The translations under genes were made by a program, and so were the position numbers. A DNA stretch of 64,000 bases from a virus. Taxonomy: Duplodnaviria; Caudoviricetes. The stretch is from IMG/VR virus record IMGVR_UViG_3300021254_000020, positions 96,001 through 160,000 of that record; one strand, written 5' to 3'. This document shows, one piece after another, positions 1-9,826 of the stretch; positions within the stretch are counted from its first letter, which is position 1; each line of letters begins with the position of its first letter. The notes beneath the pieces are model-generated. The model saw nothing but the letters and a program-made list of their open reading frames with translations, did not search any database and was not told the DNA's origin.

Positions 1-182
1 CTAAAAGGTCTATCGTTTGTCTTTCCTTCTGGCCACTTAACTCTATGAAACTTATAGTAAGCCATGGCCTCTTCTGGAGTATCGAAATCTTTGCAGAAAT
101 CGTCTAGATTCTTATACATCTTTTTGTAATTCTTAGTTTTTGAAGATTCATCTATCGGTTCTTTTGGTATAGTTATTATCAT
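1..182 (-). CDS. Hypothetical protein, N-terminal part (runs off window edge); MIITIPKEPIDESSK...
   Basis: ATG at 182 preceded by AGAGGTG SD; open frame to position 1; not in ORF track because truncated. Confidence 0.75.
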   Translation of the reverse strand, partial: MIITIPKEPIDESSKTKNYKKMYKNLDDFCKDFDTPEEAMAYYKFHRVKWPEGKTNDRPF

Positions 183-187
183 CTATA

Positions 188-2155
188 TCACCTCTCTTTA
201 TTCCTCATCAAACAAGAGAGATCCATTTCTAAGAACGTACGATCTATATGAGGACCAAAGGTCTCATGCACAGTATCGTACTTCTTACCATCTAATACCT
301 TATCTCTCACTTGGTTATTTAAGTCTCTCATCTCATCATATTTATGGATAAACTTCCACCACCATTTGAGGAATGCAGTATCTACTTTACATTCTGGTCT
401 CTCAAACAGTTGTCTCTTCGTCATCCGGAACATAGACTTTATCATGCTAGTATTCTTAAATACCATCGGATAATCATTATATTCTGGATGCTCTATCAGG
501 AACTCTTCTACTGCTCCCTCGATAACTTTTCTCTCTTTTTGGTTAAGAATCCAAGAGACACAACGATTCCATTCCTTCTTCCTAACATCTTTAGGAAGAT
601 CATTGAATCCATTTCTATCTCCTTTATACTGAGTAGTAAACCATTTGTAAATCAGACTATGGGTCTTTTTCATCTCCTCATCAGAGTAATGGGAATTTCC
701 TCTAATCTTATCAGTCTCTACGTATTGAGCATTATACTTCTTAGCCAACTTCTTACCAAGTGTACTCTTACCAGATCCTGATAATCCTAGAACAAAGATG
801 GTTTTACATTCACCTTTATCCCATTTATCGAAGTTATAGTAGATATCATTACCACTTATTAGCAATGGGATATGAAGATCTCCAGTATTAGTTCCTATAA
901 TATCCTCATATTCCATCTCTTTGGCCCCAGCCTTTTTCATGTCTTGATAGAACTGTTCCATCTTGGGACCTATCTTTTTAAGATTAGCATGCAATCTATT
1001 AGCTCCTTGGGCCATCTTAAATTTGAATTTCCCCAATGGAGTTTTATCCGGACTCCATCTTTCTGCATTCTCATCATCTATCCAAGCTCGTTTCCATGCT
1101 CTCATAGAAGAAGTAATAGCTGAAGTTCCTTTAAAGATAACAGCATAATCTTTGAGCGAATCAAATCCAGCTCCGCATAATTGACCCCCTTCAATGATAT
1201 GCTTGTCTCTATTACCATACCTTTCAATATATTTTCTAACGAAGAACTTTCCTTTATTAGGATTCTCTATTGTACCACCTGGACCTAGTTTGGAAAATTC
1301 ATCTTTATATGTTTCCTTCATCTCTTGATTTTCCATATCCATTTCACTAAGAGTACAATTATATTTCTTAGCTAATATTTTAGATAAAGTAGATTTACCA
1401 CTACCAGAGTATCCGCAGATGAACAGAAGATTTATATCTCCTCTTTTCCATTTATCTAGATTCCATACCAGATCCTTATCAGATATTAGTATAGATTCGT
1501 TTAATCCAATACTTTTATCTAATCCATTCTCTTTCTTATATAATCTTATAGCCTCTTCGTGAGCTGGGGTTAGATTGACCTCTTCTATCTTAACCCATTT
1601 AGCATCTCTAGCCATATCTTCATCTTTATCTTGGTCATCTATCTCTCCGGTATATAGACTATCACATATACCACAGCAGATCTGACTATAATCTCCCCAA
1701 GTAGTCCACTCTTGTTCTGTACCATCCGGAGATTGATTAATGTAATAGATGTGAGAATCCCACGAATCTCTTACATTCATTCTCACTTCCTGTTTTACTT
1801 CTATGATGGCAGTCTCTAGGAAGCTCTTCCCTTCCATTAATCCACCACCTGGTAATTCAAAGGGTACATTACTATTCTTATAGGAGGGATTATCTCTAAC
1901 CAGTATCTCTCCAGTCTTGTCGTTGAATACAATCATTTCTGCTCTAGGACGTAATCGTTTCCCATTCCAAACTAGGATTGGTTGTGGACCATGATCCTCA
2001 TGTCCCTTAATAACTTCGAACTTAATGTCTCTTTCTGGAACTACGTGTCCTACATTGTAATGCGGTCTAGTATCATTCCATAGAGCAGTATCCTTATTGA
2101 TAGTAGGATCCTTGAATTTATCCTCAGCCATTGACTCATTTATCTTAACTAACAT
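188..2155 (-). CDS. Multidomain protein: Nudix hydrolase + two P-loop (NMP-kinase-like) domains
   Basis: Nudix-box-like PGGGLMEGKSFLETAIIEVKQEV; two Walker A motifs CGYSGSGKST and LGLSGSGKST, each followed by an IIEG/VIEG motif. Confidence 0.8.
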   Translation of the reverse strand: MLVKINESMAEDKFKDPTINKDTALWNDTRPHYNVGHVVPERDIKFEVIKGHEDHGPQPILVWNGKRLRPRAEMIVFNDKTGEILVRDNPSYKNSNVPFELPGGGLMEGKSFLETAIIEVKQEVRMNVRDSWDSHIYYINQSPDGTEQEWTTWGDYSQICCGICDSLYTGEIDDQDKDEDMARDAKWVKIEEVNLTPAHEEAIRLYKKENGLDKSIGLNESILISDKDLVWNLDKWKRGDINLLFICGYSGSGKSTLSKILAKKYNCTLSEMDMENQEMKETYKDEFSKLGPGGTIENPNKGKFFVRKYIERYGNRDKHIIEGGQLCGAGFDSLKDYAVIFKGTSAITSSMRAWKRAWIDDENAERWSPDKTPLGKFKFKMAQGANRLHANLKKIGPKMEQFYQDMKKAGAKEMEYEDIIGTNTGDLHIPLLISGNDIYYNFDKWDKGECKTIFVLGLSGSGKSTLGKKLAKKYNAQYVETDKIRGNSHYSDEEMKKTHSLIYKWFTTQYKGDRNGFNDLPKDVRKKEWNRCVSWILNQKERKVIEGAVEEFLIEHPEYNDYPMVFKNTSMIKSMFRMTKRQLFERPECKVDTAFLKWWWKFIHKYDEMRDLNNQVRDKVLDGKKYDTVHETFGPHIDRTFLEMDLSCLMRNKER

Positions 2156-2179
2156 ATTTTATTCAACTCCTCTCTCAAT

Positions 2180-2191
2180 TACTTAGAAGTC
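2180..2191 (-). promoter_or_regulatory. Late-type promoter motif variant (GACT-N6-TA)
   Basis: Minus strand GACTTCTAAGTA just upstream of the SD of 188-2155. Confidence 0.45.
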
Positions 2192-2202
2192 AATCTAACG
2201 GT

Positions 2203-2236
2203 AAAAAGAAGGGGATAGGGATTGCTCCCTATCCCC
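2203..2236 (-). terminator. Intrinsic terminator
   Basis: GGGGATAGGG/CCCTATCCCC stem followed by T-tract on minus strand, directly after stop of 2242-2601. Confidence 0.8.
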
Positions 2237-2241
2237 ATTAA

Positions 2242-2601
2242 TTACTTAGTTTCATGAGCTTCATCTATGAAGTCTCGCATTATACTGCATATTACTTTAC
2301 TCATCTCAAACCAGTTATCATCTATTTGTTTAAATAACTCTTCTGCTTTATTTATTCTTGGTTCATATTTCTCTAATTTACCCATAGAATGTGCTTTAAA
2401 CATGAGCAACATAAACAGTGCTCTTGTATCTCTAGACAATTGTCTCATTTCTTCTGATATTCTCATACCAGCTTCTGGACCATCTCCGTATTCATTTTTG
2501 AATACTTTTACGTAATCTATTATTTCATCTTCTAATAGTTCTCTTTTCATTTTTCTTCTTTCTTCGAGAACCTTGTATAATTCTATTATCTTATCAGCCA
2601 T
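2242..2601 (-). CDS. Hypothetical helical protein
   Basis: ORF with GGGGAAG SD, collinear with neighbours. Confidence 0.75.
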   Translation of the reverse strand: MADKIIELYKVLEERRKMKRELLEDEIIDYVKVFKNEYGDGPEAGMRISEEMRQLSRDTRALFMLLMFKAHSMGKLEKYEPRINKAEELFKQIDDNWFEMSKVICSIMRDFIDEAHETK

Positions 2602-2613
2602 TGTATCTTCCCC

Positions 2614-3255
2614 CTATATAGCCTTAATAGTATTATATCTACGTATTATTGTATCCATCTCTGGAGTATCAATCTGATATACATAGAATTTAGTATATTT
2701 CTGTTTATGATAGTTAACAGTAAATATCTTCAAACCATATTCCTTAGCAATAGCCTCTATATCTTCTGCTATATCATTCGCAATTGCTGGATCGGAACTT
2801 ACCCAATGGACTACTAACTCAACATATGGCTCTTTACACAATCCAGTACCCATATTAAACATAGCATCATATATACCGCTAATCATCTTATTAGATGGAC
2901 TATCTGGATCTAATATACCGGTTGCTGCTATTGGACACATTGCGATATAACGTAAGGGTAGATATGGTTTGTATAAATCAGCTCTAGTCTTTCTAAATAT
3001 ATTTATCACAACACCATATAGATTCATATAATCTACGATAGTTACCCTAGGACAGATAAAATCAAATACCAAATCATTTGGCAGAATTTCATTTACTCTA
3101 TTCATAACCTCCTTTTTAAACTGATTCTTATCGTGAGCATAATCAAACACTATCCCGAAACTAATAGAGTGTATCGGTTTCATATCAGACGTGTTGATAG
3201 CTCTTCTTGTAAATGTGAGTATCTCCTCTATTGCTTCCTCGTACGGTCCTTCCAT
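2614..3255 (-). CDS. Hypothetical protein, paralog of 3267-3899
   Basis: Shared motifs TGILD/TGIFD, SP.N and C-terminal IRR.N. Confidence 0.75.
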   Translation of the reverse strand: MEGPYEEAIEEILTFTRRAINTSDMKPIHSISFGIVFDYAHDKNQFKKEVMNRVNEILPNDLVFDFICPRVTIVDYMNLYGVVINIFRKTRADLYKPYLPLRYIAMCPIAATGILDPDSPSNKMISGIYDAMFNMGTGLCKEPYVELVVHWVSSDPAIANDIAEDIEAIAKEYGLKIFTVNYHKQKYTKFYVYQIDTPEMDTIIRRYNTIKAI

Positions 3256-3266
3256 TAATATACCTC

Positions 3267-3899
3267 CTATTTAACTACATGAAATAGATTTAATCGACGT
3301 ATTTCTTTTTCAACATCTTTATTCATATCTTTATATATTAGGATATGAGTCTCGTTACCGATAGTCTTAATATAACACTGTAATTCGACTCCAGATTTCT
3401 TAATCCACGATAACACACAATTTTCCATCTCCTTTTCTGTATAAGTAATCTTTGGAGATGGGATATTTCTAATTACACAGAATGGCCTATTGTATACCAA
3501 CAACTGATATCCCGCTCTACCAATAGCTTTAACGAATTCATTAACTGGGGATTCTAGGATATCAAAGATACCAGTAAATAATTGTGGAGCTGCAAACATA
3601 TGTGCAAAGGTAGTGGCTCCATCATAGTAATCAGGATTATCTGGACTCTTAGCAAATAATATTAATGATGATTTATTTGAGCTGGTATCCTTATATGTAG
3701 ATAAAAATATTTCGATTTTATCTAGATCTATATTATCTTTTACTATCTTCGCTATTTCTTTACTAAAATCATCTACATCGATTGTTGGACCATTATCAAT
3801 AGCAGTTATTACTTCTATTGGTACTTTTAGAATATCATCAACATTGATTTTTAATATGTCTTCTTTGATATCCTCCAATATATCCTCATCATATTCCAT
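3267..3899 (-). CDS. Hypothetical protein, paralog of 2614-3255 (start revised to MEYDED)
   Basis: AGGAGG SD before ATG at 3899. Confidence 0.75.
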   Translation of the reverse strand: MEYDEDILEDIKEDILKINVDDILKVPIEVITAIDNGPTIDVDDFSKEIAKIVKDNIDLDKIEIFLSTYKDTSSNKSSLILFAKSPDNPDYYDGATTFAHMFAAPQLFTGIFDILESPVNEFVKAIGRAGYQLLVYNRPFCVIRNIPSPKITYTEKEMENCVLSWIKKSGVELQCYIKTIGNETHILIYKDMNKDVEKEIRRLNLFHVVK

Positions 3900-3959
3900 T
3901 ATATTCCTCCTAACAAAATAACACACTAAATGGGCTAGGGAGAAGATCCCTAGCCCTCT

Positions 3960-3980
3960 CACTATAATAGTATATTACTA
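3960..3980 (-). promoter_or_regulatory. Early-type promoter motif (ATATACTAT) followed by hairpin 3932-3957
   Basis: Minus strand TAGTAATATACTATTATAGTG matches the recurring motif. Confidence 0.55.
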
Positions 3981-3989
3981 TTTAGATTT

Positions 3990-5300
3990 TTAACCCCACT
4001 TAACAATTATACCAATAGCATTGGTAATATCATTGTCACCATAGAATTCCTTAATCTGATAACCAAGGACTCTCAGCGCATCGATTACGTCAGTCTTATA
4101 TTCCATATTCCAAGGAATGCTATAAGAGTGATACATAATCTGACACAGATAGAGACCCTTGCCGGCTGATACTTTGGCACGGTTGGTAATTGCACTTACA
4201 ATAGCTGCTACAGCCTCTTCTTTAGGAACAGTATGAGAATTGTACTCATCAGCAATTACCTTACATTCGCTTGCACTGTATTCGTCTTCAGTATCCGGAT
4301 CTTCAATCTCCTTTACATCTACGGCAGTTTCTTCAGCTACCGGAGTAAATGGTTTACCAGCTGCAGCTGCTGCTTCAGCAATCTCAGCATGACCATAGAT
4401 CTTAACAGCCTGAGTACCAGGGTTAGCATTGGTAATATTCTCAGGATGGGCAATACCAATAGTGACTTCATCAGCCTGTTTAGTATCAAGCAAATAAGCA
4501 CCGATAGCAGGTTTGAAATCACTACTAGTAACTGTAGCATCACCAGTGATAGTAATCTCAGTATTAGTACCTTTAGGATCACTATAAGTACCGCTCAGTA
4601 CGCAGATGGTATCACCAAGCCAGATACAACCAGAGGTAGTAATATTAGCACCAATTTCGTCACAGGATTCTGCGGTGATCGTAGTAGCGATGATTTTAGC
4701 ATCACCAGATACAAACAACTGACCCATACGCATCTGAACGCCCTGTACAGTACCACCAGAAATATTGATAATACCCTGAGCAGGGAAATAGATGGCATAA
4801 GCACGGTCTGCTAGCAGCTCACCACCAGTTATATTGAAAGTAGCACCACCGGTAGTGTTATTAGTGGACAGAGCAGATCCCTGGCTAACAATAATCTTAC
4901 CAGAGTTGAAGTTTACTTCGGCACCATTCTTGGCATAAACACCATAGCAATAATTGGCATCATTACCACCATATTTAATAGTGTCAATAGTGATACCATC
5001 GATATTGAGTACGGAACCACCATCAGCAGTGTAAACAGCAGCATTTGTATATTTGGTTGTAGTAGCAATAGTACCTTTACCATTAAGAGTAAGTGTACCA
5101 ATGGTTTGATTAATAATCCCACTTACACCCTTAATTTCTACACCTTCATTAAGTGTAATCGTTACGTCACGAGATACTACAAACTGCTTAATATCACCTG
5201 AAGTAATATCAATAGAATTCGTAACTACAATATTAGTAGCTTCTACATTTGCAAGAGCATCTTTGAGCTCCAATGCAGTTGATACATTTACAATAGACAT
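3990..5300 (-). CDS. Right-handed beta-helix-like repeat protein fused to a C-terminal L..LGY...I.W domain; possible virion accessory protein
   Basis: G/N/T/I-rich beta-strand repeats (GTLTLNGKGTI, FNITGGEL, INISGGTV); AGGAGG SD before ATG 5300; C-terminal domain similar to 36196-36567. Confidence 0.6.
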   Translation of the reverse strand: MSIVNVSTALELKDALANVEATNIVVTNSIDITSGDIKQFVVSRDVTITLNEGVEIKGVSGIINQTIGTLTLNGKGTIATTTKYTNAAVYTADGGSVLNIDGITIDTIKYGGNDANYCYGVYAKNGAEVNFNSGKIIVSQGSALSTNNTTGGATFNITGGELLADRAYAIYFPAQGIINISGGTVQGVQMRMGQLFVSGDAKIIATTITAESCDEIGANITTSGCIWLGDTICVLSGTYSDPKGTNTEITITGDATVTSSDFKPAIGAYLLDTKQADEVTIGIAHPENITNANPGTQAVKIYGHAEIAEAAAAAGKPFTPVAEETAVDVKEIEDPDTEDEYSASECKVIADEYNSHTVPKEEAVAAIVSAITNRAKVSAGKGLYLCQIMYHSYSIPWNMEYKTDVIDALRVLGYQIKEFYGDNDITNAIGIIVKWG

Positions 5301-5333
5301 TTTATTTCCTCCTTTATTATAGAGCAGGTTCAT

Positions 5334-5345
5334 TATGGAGATGTC
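5334..5345 (-). promoter_or_regulatory. Late-type promoter motif GACA-N6-TA
   Basis: Minus strand GACATCTCCATA. Confidence 0.5.
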
Positions 5346-5360
5346 GTTGATATCAATTAA

Positions 5361-6023
5361 TTATATATTTCGCATCTCTGTATCTTTGGTTAATATATGG
5401 GATCTAAGACTATTTATATGATCTTCCCAATTATCATAGGCTGGTAATAATTCTATTATATCTTGAACTAGATATTTTACATCATATCCATCTCTTTTGA
5501 ATCGTCTAAATAATGATTTATATTTAGAAGTGCCAACAAATATAATTGGTTCTTCAAATAGCCCATGGCTCATCATGAAAATAGGTATGTCTACGCCTTC
5601 TATTATCTTTCTAGATTTGTGTTTAATACACCATGAAAGGAATTTGTCTATTTTTTTAATAGCTATTGCATTTTGTTTTTTAGAATCAAAATCATAATTT
5701 TTAGCCCAATTTTTATCCTCATGGCCTTGGCTAATGTATTCGTATAATAACGGAATATCCTTAGCTAACTTATTTTCATCCATCTTATACATATTAAACA
5801 AATCGTCAGTACTTACAATCGTGCATTTATATTTTTTGGCAAGTTTCTTACATAGAGTGGACTTACCAGATCCAGACATTCCTGTCACAAACAATGTACT
5901 GGATTTCCCAGATTCAAATTTACTTAAATTACATGCAATATGATCCTCAGAGATAAATTTATTCATTCTAGTAGATATCCAATTATTAGATTCAGACAAG
6001 TTATTCCAGTTAATATATTGCAT
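5361..6023 (-). CDS. Stand-alone P-loop kinase, paralog of the kinase domains of 188-2155 (start MQYINW)
   Basis: Walker A VTGMSGSGKSTLCKKLAKKY, IIEG motif; GAGGTG SD before 6023. Confidence 0.8.
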   Translation of the reverse strand: MQYINWNNLSESNNWISTRMNKFISEDHIACNLSKFESGKSSTLFVTGMSGSGKSTLCKKLAKKYKCTIVSTDDLFNMYKMDENKLAKDIPLLYEYISQGHEDKNWAKNYDFDSKKQNAIAIKKIDKFLSWCIKHKSRKIIEGVDIPIFMMSHGLFEEPIIFVGTSKYKSLFRRFKRDGYDVKYLVQDIIELLPAYDNWEDHINSLRSHILTKDTEMRNI

Positions 6024-6092
6024 AGTACCACCTCTTATAGTACTCTTAAATAAATCCCTAGACCTAATTGGTCTAGGGACCATTAGTTAGTA

Positions 6093-7220
6093 TTAACCAG
6101 CCTTATTCTGCAGATAGCCCATCAGCTTATCGATAACTGAGAGAATCTTAGCTGCTACTCTCTTAAGTTTTGCAGCTATACCAGAATCTTGAGATGCTTG
6201 AGCTTTCTTCATAAACTTAGCATAGATGCTGCGTAAAGAAGCAATCTTCTTACCAATCACAGACTTAGGCTTATTTTGATAACTCTTGTATGCAGCCAAT
6301 GCAGCACCAGCTCCAGCCAATCCAATAGCTCCTGCAGCCAGCTTTCCTTTATTCTCTGAAGCAAAGTCTTTTACTTTTTCAAAAGTACCCTTTTCAGGAG
6401 CTGCTTTTGCAGGTTCAACCTTAGCAGGAAGATTGTTTACTTCCCCTTTGCTATCAGGTTTGCTGGTAGGAGCATTATCTGGTTCATCTTTAATCTGCAT
6501 TTGGGGAGCAGCTTGAGACTGTGTTTCTTTTTCTTCATTAGCCTTCTTTTCTGCTTCTTCCCTCTTAGACTGATTCAGTTTCATTTTATAGAGACGATCA
6601 GTAGCTGCATCAATATTCTTCAGCTTCTTCTCTTTCTTAGCATTTGCTGCTTGGATCTCATTATGAGCATCTGCTGCACTCTTATCACCAAAATAGAATG
6701 ACTTGTTAGCTGCGTATCTTTCATCAGCATTCTTTTGTTCTGCTTTCTCTATATGGCGCTTACGCATCTCTACCATTTTCTTCATCTGATCTGCGGTTAC
6801 CTCTTCAGATAGGCACAGATCAACGAACTCTTCTTCACTGATATCTTCATTGAAGAAATCAATGCAAGCTTCTTCCATAATGGAGTAGATTAGAGAGTCT
6901 TCATTTACAGGACGGATGAGAAGATTAGAGAAATTGATATCATTACCATATACTTCCGATTCATCCATTACTATACTCATTGAAGACGAATCAATGTTAT
7001 TAGCATTAGCTAACTCAGATACTATCTGCATTACCGGAGTATTGGTCTGCTCTGATAGATTATTAAGATAATAGTAATCTACCAAATAGTTACCATCTTC
7101 TTTTGCTACAACTGGAATCTCATTACAGTTAATACTAGCTTCTTCTTGAGTTAGATAAACTGCCTCATCTAGTTTATCAAAGATACTAGGTTTATACAGC
7201 TGTGATTCTTTGATTAACAT
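6093..7220 (-). CDS. MLIKES-family paralog (probable virion internal/ejection protein)
   Basis: N-term MLIKESQL..LDEAVYLTQEEA; C-term KPKSVIGKKIASLR...IDKLMGYLQNKAG. Confidence 0.8.
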   Translation of the reverse strand: MLIKESQLYKPSIFDKLDEAVYLTQEEASINCNEIPVVAKEDGNYLVDYYYLNNLSEQTNTPVMQIVSELANANNIDSSSMSIVMDESEVYGNDINFSNLLIRPVNEDSLIYSIMEEACIDFFNEDISEEEFVDLCLSEEVTADQMKKMVEMRKRHIEKAEQKNADERYAANKSFYFGDKSAADAHNEIQAANAKKEKKLKNIDAATDRLYKMKLNQSKREEAEKKANEEKETQSQAAPQMQIKDEPDNAPTSKPDSKGEVNNLPAKVEPAKAAPEKGTFEKVKDFASENKGKLAAGAIGLAGAGAALAAYKSYQNKPKSVIGKKIASLRSIYAKFMKKAQASQDSGIAAKLKRVAAKILSVIDKLMGYLQNKAG

Positions 7221-7235
7221 TTATATCACCTACCA

Positions 7236-7880
7236 TTACTTACGGGCAAACTCTCTACTAAAGTTACTACTAGCCTTTTGAGCAAACTTGAGAAGTTTAT
7301 CAATAGCTTCAGTAACCTTAGTGGCTACTTTTTGAAGAACATTCTTTTCTTTAGGAAGAATACCTCCACCATTGATTTTCTTTTTGAGTTTTGCTAATAC
7401 TTTTCTAAGAGAGGCAATCTTCTTTGCGATTACACCTACCGGTTTGTTTTCATAATCGTATATCTTCTTTAACCCAGTAGCTGCAGTAAGAGCTGCTGCG
7501 GCAGGCATAGACCATTTCATTACTTTTTCTGTAGTAGGATGAGCCCAGAATGCCATTGCTGCCAGTTTCTTTTTCTGAGGTTGATGCACTCCAATAGCTC
7601 TAGCACGACTCTCCATATCTCCAGGCATATCCATTATGAATTTTCTTACTTTAAACGGATTACTAGATATATTTTTAGCATCGTCTTTGATCTGTGAATA
7701 TTGATCCATTCCAAGGCTCATATTGCCCTTATGCTTATATAGAATATCCATATCGTCGTCATCTTTATCTTCACAGAACGAGATAAGATAAGATTCATCC
7801 AACGTCTCTATATATTTACCAACAGCTTCTTCGCACAGCTGATAAATAGGATCGTTTTCATTTACAGTAGTTAATAGCAT
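7236..7880 (-). CDS. MLIKES-family paralog with shortened N-domain (start MLLTTVNE)
   Basis: C-term KPVGVIAKKIASLR...IDKLL; AGGAGG SD before 7880. Confidence 0.75.
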   Translation of the reverse strand: MLLTTVNENDPIYQLCEEAVGKYIETLDESYLISFCEDKDDDDMDILYKHKGNMSLGMDQYSQIKDDAKNISSNPFKVRKFIMDMPGDMESRARAIGVHQPQKKKLAAMAFWAHPTTEKVMKWSMPAAAALTAATGLKKIYDYENKPVGVIAKKIASLRKVLAKLKKKINGGGILPKEKNVLQKVATKVTEAIDKLLKFAQKASSNFSREFARK

Positions 7881-7894
7881 CTCTATTCCTCCTT

Positions 7895-8797
7895 TCAAGA
7901 AGAGAATGAATTAGCAGTAGTCTGCATAGCTCTCATCAGTTTATCTATTACTTGCAAGATCTTAGCCCCTACTTTCTTTAGAGTAGCTACTGCTTTAGAA
8001 TCCTTTTTCAATATACCAGGTTTCTTCTCCAGTTTATCCTTAATTCCAGAATACATCTTCCTCAGTTTAGCTATTACTTTAGCAACTACGTTTTTCGGTT
8101 TGTTCTTATAGTTGTCGTATACTTGCTCAATCTTATCTGCAGCTTTGGATCCTATTTTTAATCCTACGCCTGTAGTAAACATTAGTCTCGATGTATTAGC
8201 ACTATCCAAATAATCTGCACTCTTGTTTATTGCTTCCGGATCTTTAAACATACCGAGTTTAGCCCCATATTTTTTACCACCCAGTTTATCCAATTTTTCC
8301 TTATATTTGTTGGCTGTATATGCGTCTTTTACTGAGTTAGCAATACTACCAGCTATGAGTGCATTACCTAATGAGTTAGCAACTCCCTCTAAGAGCGACT
8401 CATCATCCTGTTCTATGGCTTCATTTACCACAGTCTCTACCCATACTCCTACAGGGTCCTTATCAGATATTGGAGATATAACTACTTGATACATCTCATC
8501 TACTACTTCTGGATAGAGAATAGCCATATCTTCTTTGAGATCTACTGCCAACAAGCAAGACGGAACATCGTTAGCTTCAGCAATCTTTTCGATGGCTTCA
8601 TTAAGAGAACATTCGTATTGGTTACTAATTGCTAATACGTCTTCAAACATGACTGTATTGCAATCAATGCTACTATTCTCTCTAACAGTAATTTCTGTAG
8701 GGTATATAGTGCTCTCTTCTTGAGTTAGATAAACAGCCTCATTCAATTTTTCTAAGATATTATTCTTAGATTGAAATTGTTCTTCTTTTATCAGCAT
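7895..8797 (-). CDS. MLIKES-family paralog
   Basis: MLIKEEQ..LNEAVYLTQEES; C-term KPKNVVAKVIAKLRKMY...IDKLM. Confidence 0.8.
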   Translation of the reverse strand: MLIKEEQFQSKNNILEKLNEAVYLTQEESTIYPTEITVRENSSIDCNTVMFEDVLAISNQYECSLNEAIEKIAEANDVPSCLLAVDLKEDMAILYPEVVDEMYQVVISPISDKDPVGVWVETVVNEAIEQDDESLLEGVANSLGNALIAGSIANSVKDAYTANKYKEKLDKLGGKKYGAKLGMFKDPEAINKSADYLDSANTSRLMFTTGVGLKIGSKAADKIEQVYDNYKNKPKNVVAKVIAKLRKMYSGIKDKLEKKPGILKKDSKAVATLKKVGAKILQVIDKLMRAMQTTANSFSS

Positions 8798-8810
8798 TTA
8801 TATCACTCCC

Positions 8811-9812
8811 TTAACCACCCAGTTTATTCTGAGCATAATTCATCAGTTTGTTTATAGCCCCCGGTGCTTCAGCTGATGCATACTGCCTCAATTGGTCAAT
8901 AAAGAAGTCTGCGTCAACACCTTTACTCTGAGCTTTATTGCTCAGCCAAGCTGCGAATCTATTTATACCATCTTTGGCTTGATCTGTACCAAAGCCAGCA
9001 GCAGCTTGGGCATATTTATTAGTAGGAGTAGCAGGATTTGCCTTTCCATTCCCGAAGTTATTACCCCACCAGTTCTTAATACTTGACCACATACGGGAAA
9101 GCCATCCCTGTTGTTGTTGAGTCGGAGGAGCACTTTTTGGAGGTGTCGTATTTCCCTGTTGTTGATTACCAGTAGCTCCTTCCTTTTGCTTTTTCAGTTC
9201 CATAAATTTCTGAACTGTAGGATTGTTTTCAGCTGCGGTACCAGTCATTAATTTCTTTTGAGGTTGAGTAGGCTGTGGAGTATTATTAGCCGCTTTTTGT
9301 TGTTTCAAAGCCTGCATCTTGGCCAACTCAGTATTATATTCTGGGTCTGTCATGTCAGCTGCAGCACCAGCATTGCCTTCCAGTATACTCATGGCAAACT
9401 CTTCATTAAAACAGGCTTCTTCTAATATATCTAGCCAGATCTGGTTTTCTCCAGAACTAATGTAATTCTCAAGAATATGATCACATATTCTATATGGGGC
9501 ACTATTAGTACTTTCTTTAAATAGAACCACATCAGAAAACTGAGTAAGAATCTCAGGATTGCATAAGGGTCGCCATTCCTCAATAGCTACTACCAATCCT
9601 TTTCTAGGAATACAGTTTTCTTTGATAGTCATGTCTAGTGCTTCGTCTATTGAGATACAATTATCCTCAGATAAAGACAAAAGATCTTTATAATAAACCA
9701 TGTTTCTATGATCTTTGGTCTCTTGAACCGGAACCATACATCCGCATAATCTATCATCAATCATTTCCATATTCTCTAAAAGATATAATGGAGATCTTTC
9801 TTTCTCTTGCAT
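8811..9812 (-). CDS. Divergent MLIKES-family member: family N-domain, Gln/Pro-rich linker, different amphipathic C-terminus
   Basis: VPVQE..MVYYKDLLSLSED..LVVAIEE matches the family N-domain; GWLSRMWSSIKNWW amphipathic helix; GGAGG SD before 9812. Confidence 0.65.
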   Translation of the reverse strand: MQEKERSPLYLLENMEMIDDRLCGCMVPVQETKDHRNMVYYKDLLSLSEDNCISIDEALDMTIKENCIPRKGLVVAIEEWRPLCNPEILTQFSDVVLFKESTNSAPYRICDHILENYISSGENQIWLDILEEACFNEEFAMSILEGNAGAAADMTDPEYNTELAKMQALKQQKAANNTPQPTQPQKKLMTGTAAENNPTVQKFMELKKQKEGATGNQQQGNTTPPKSAPPTQQQQGWLSRMWSSIKNWWGNNFGNGKANPATPTNKYAQAAAGFGTDQAKDGINRFAAWLSNKAQSKGVDADFFIDQLRQYASAEAPGAINKLMNYAQNKLGG

Positions 9813-9826
9813 ATTATTCGCCTCCG

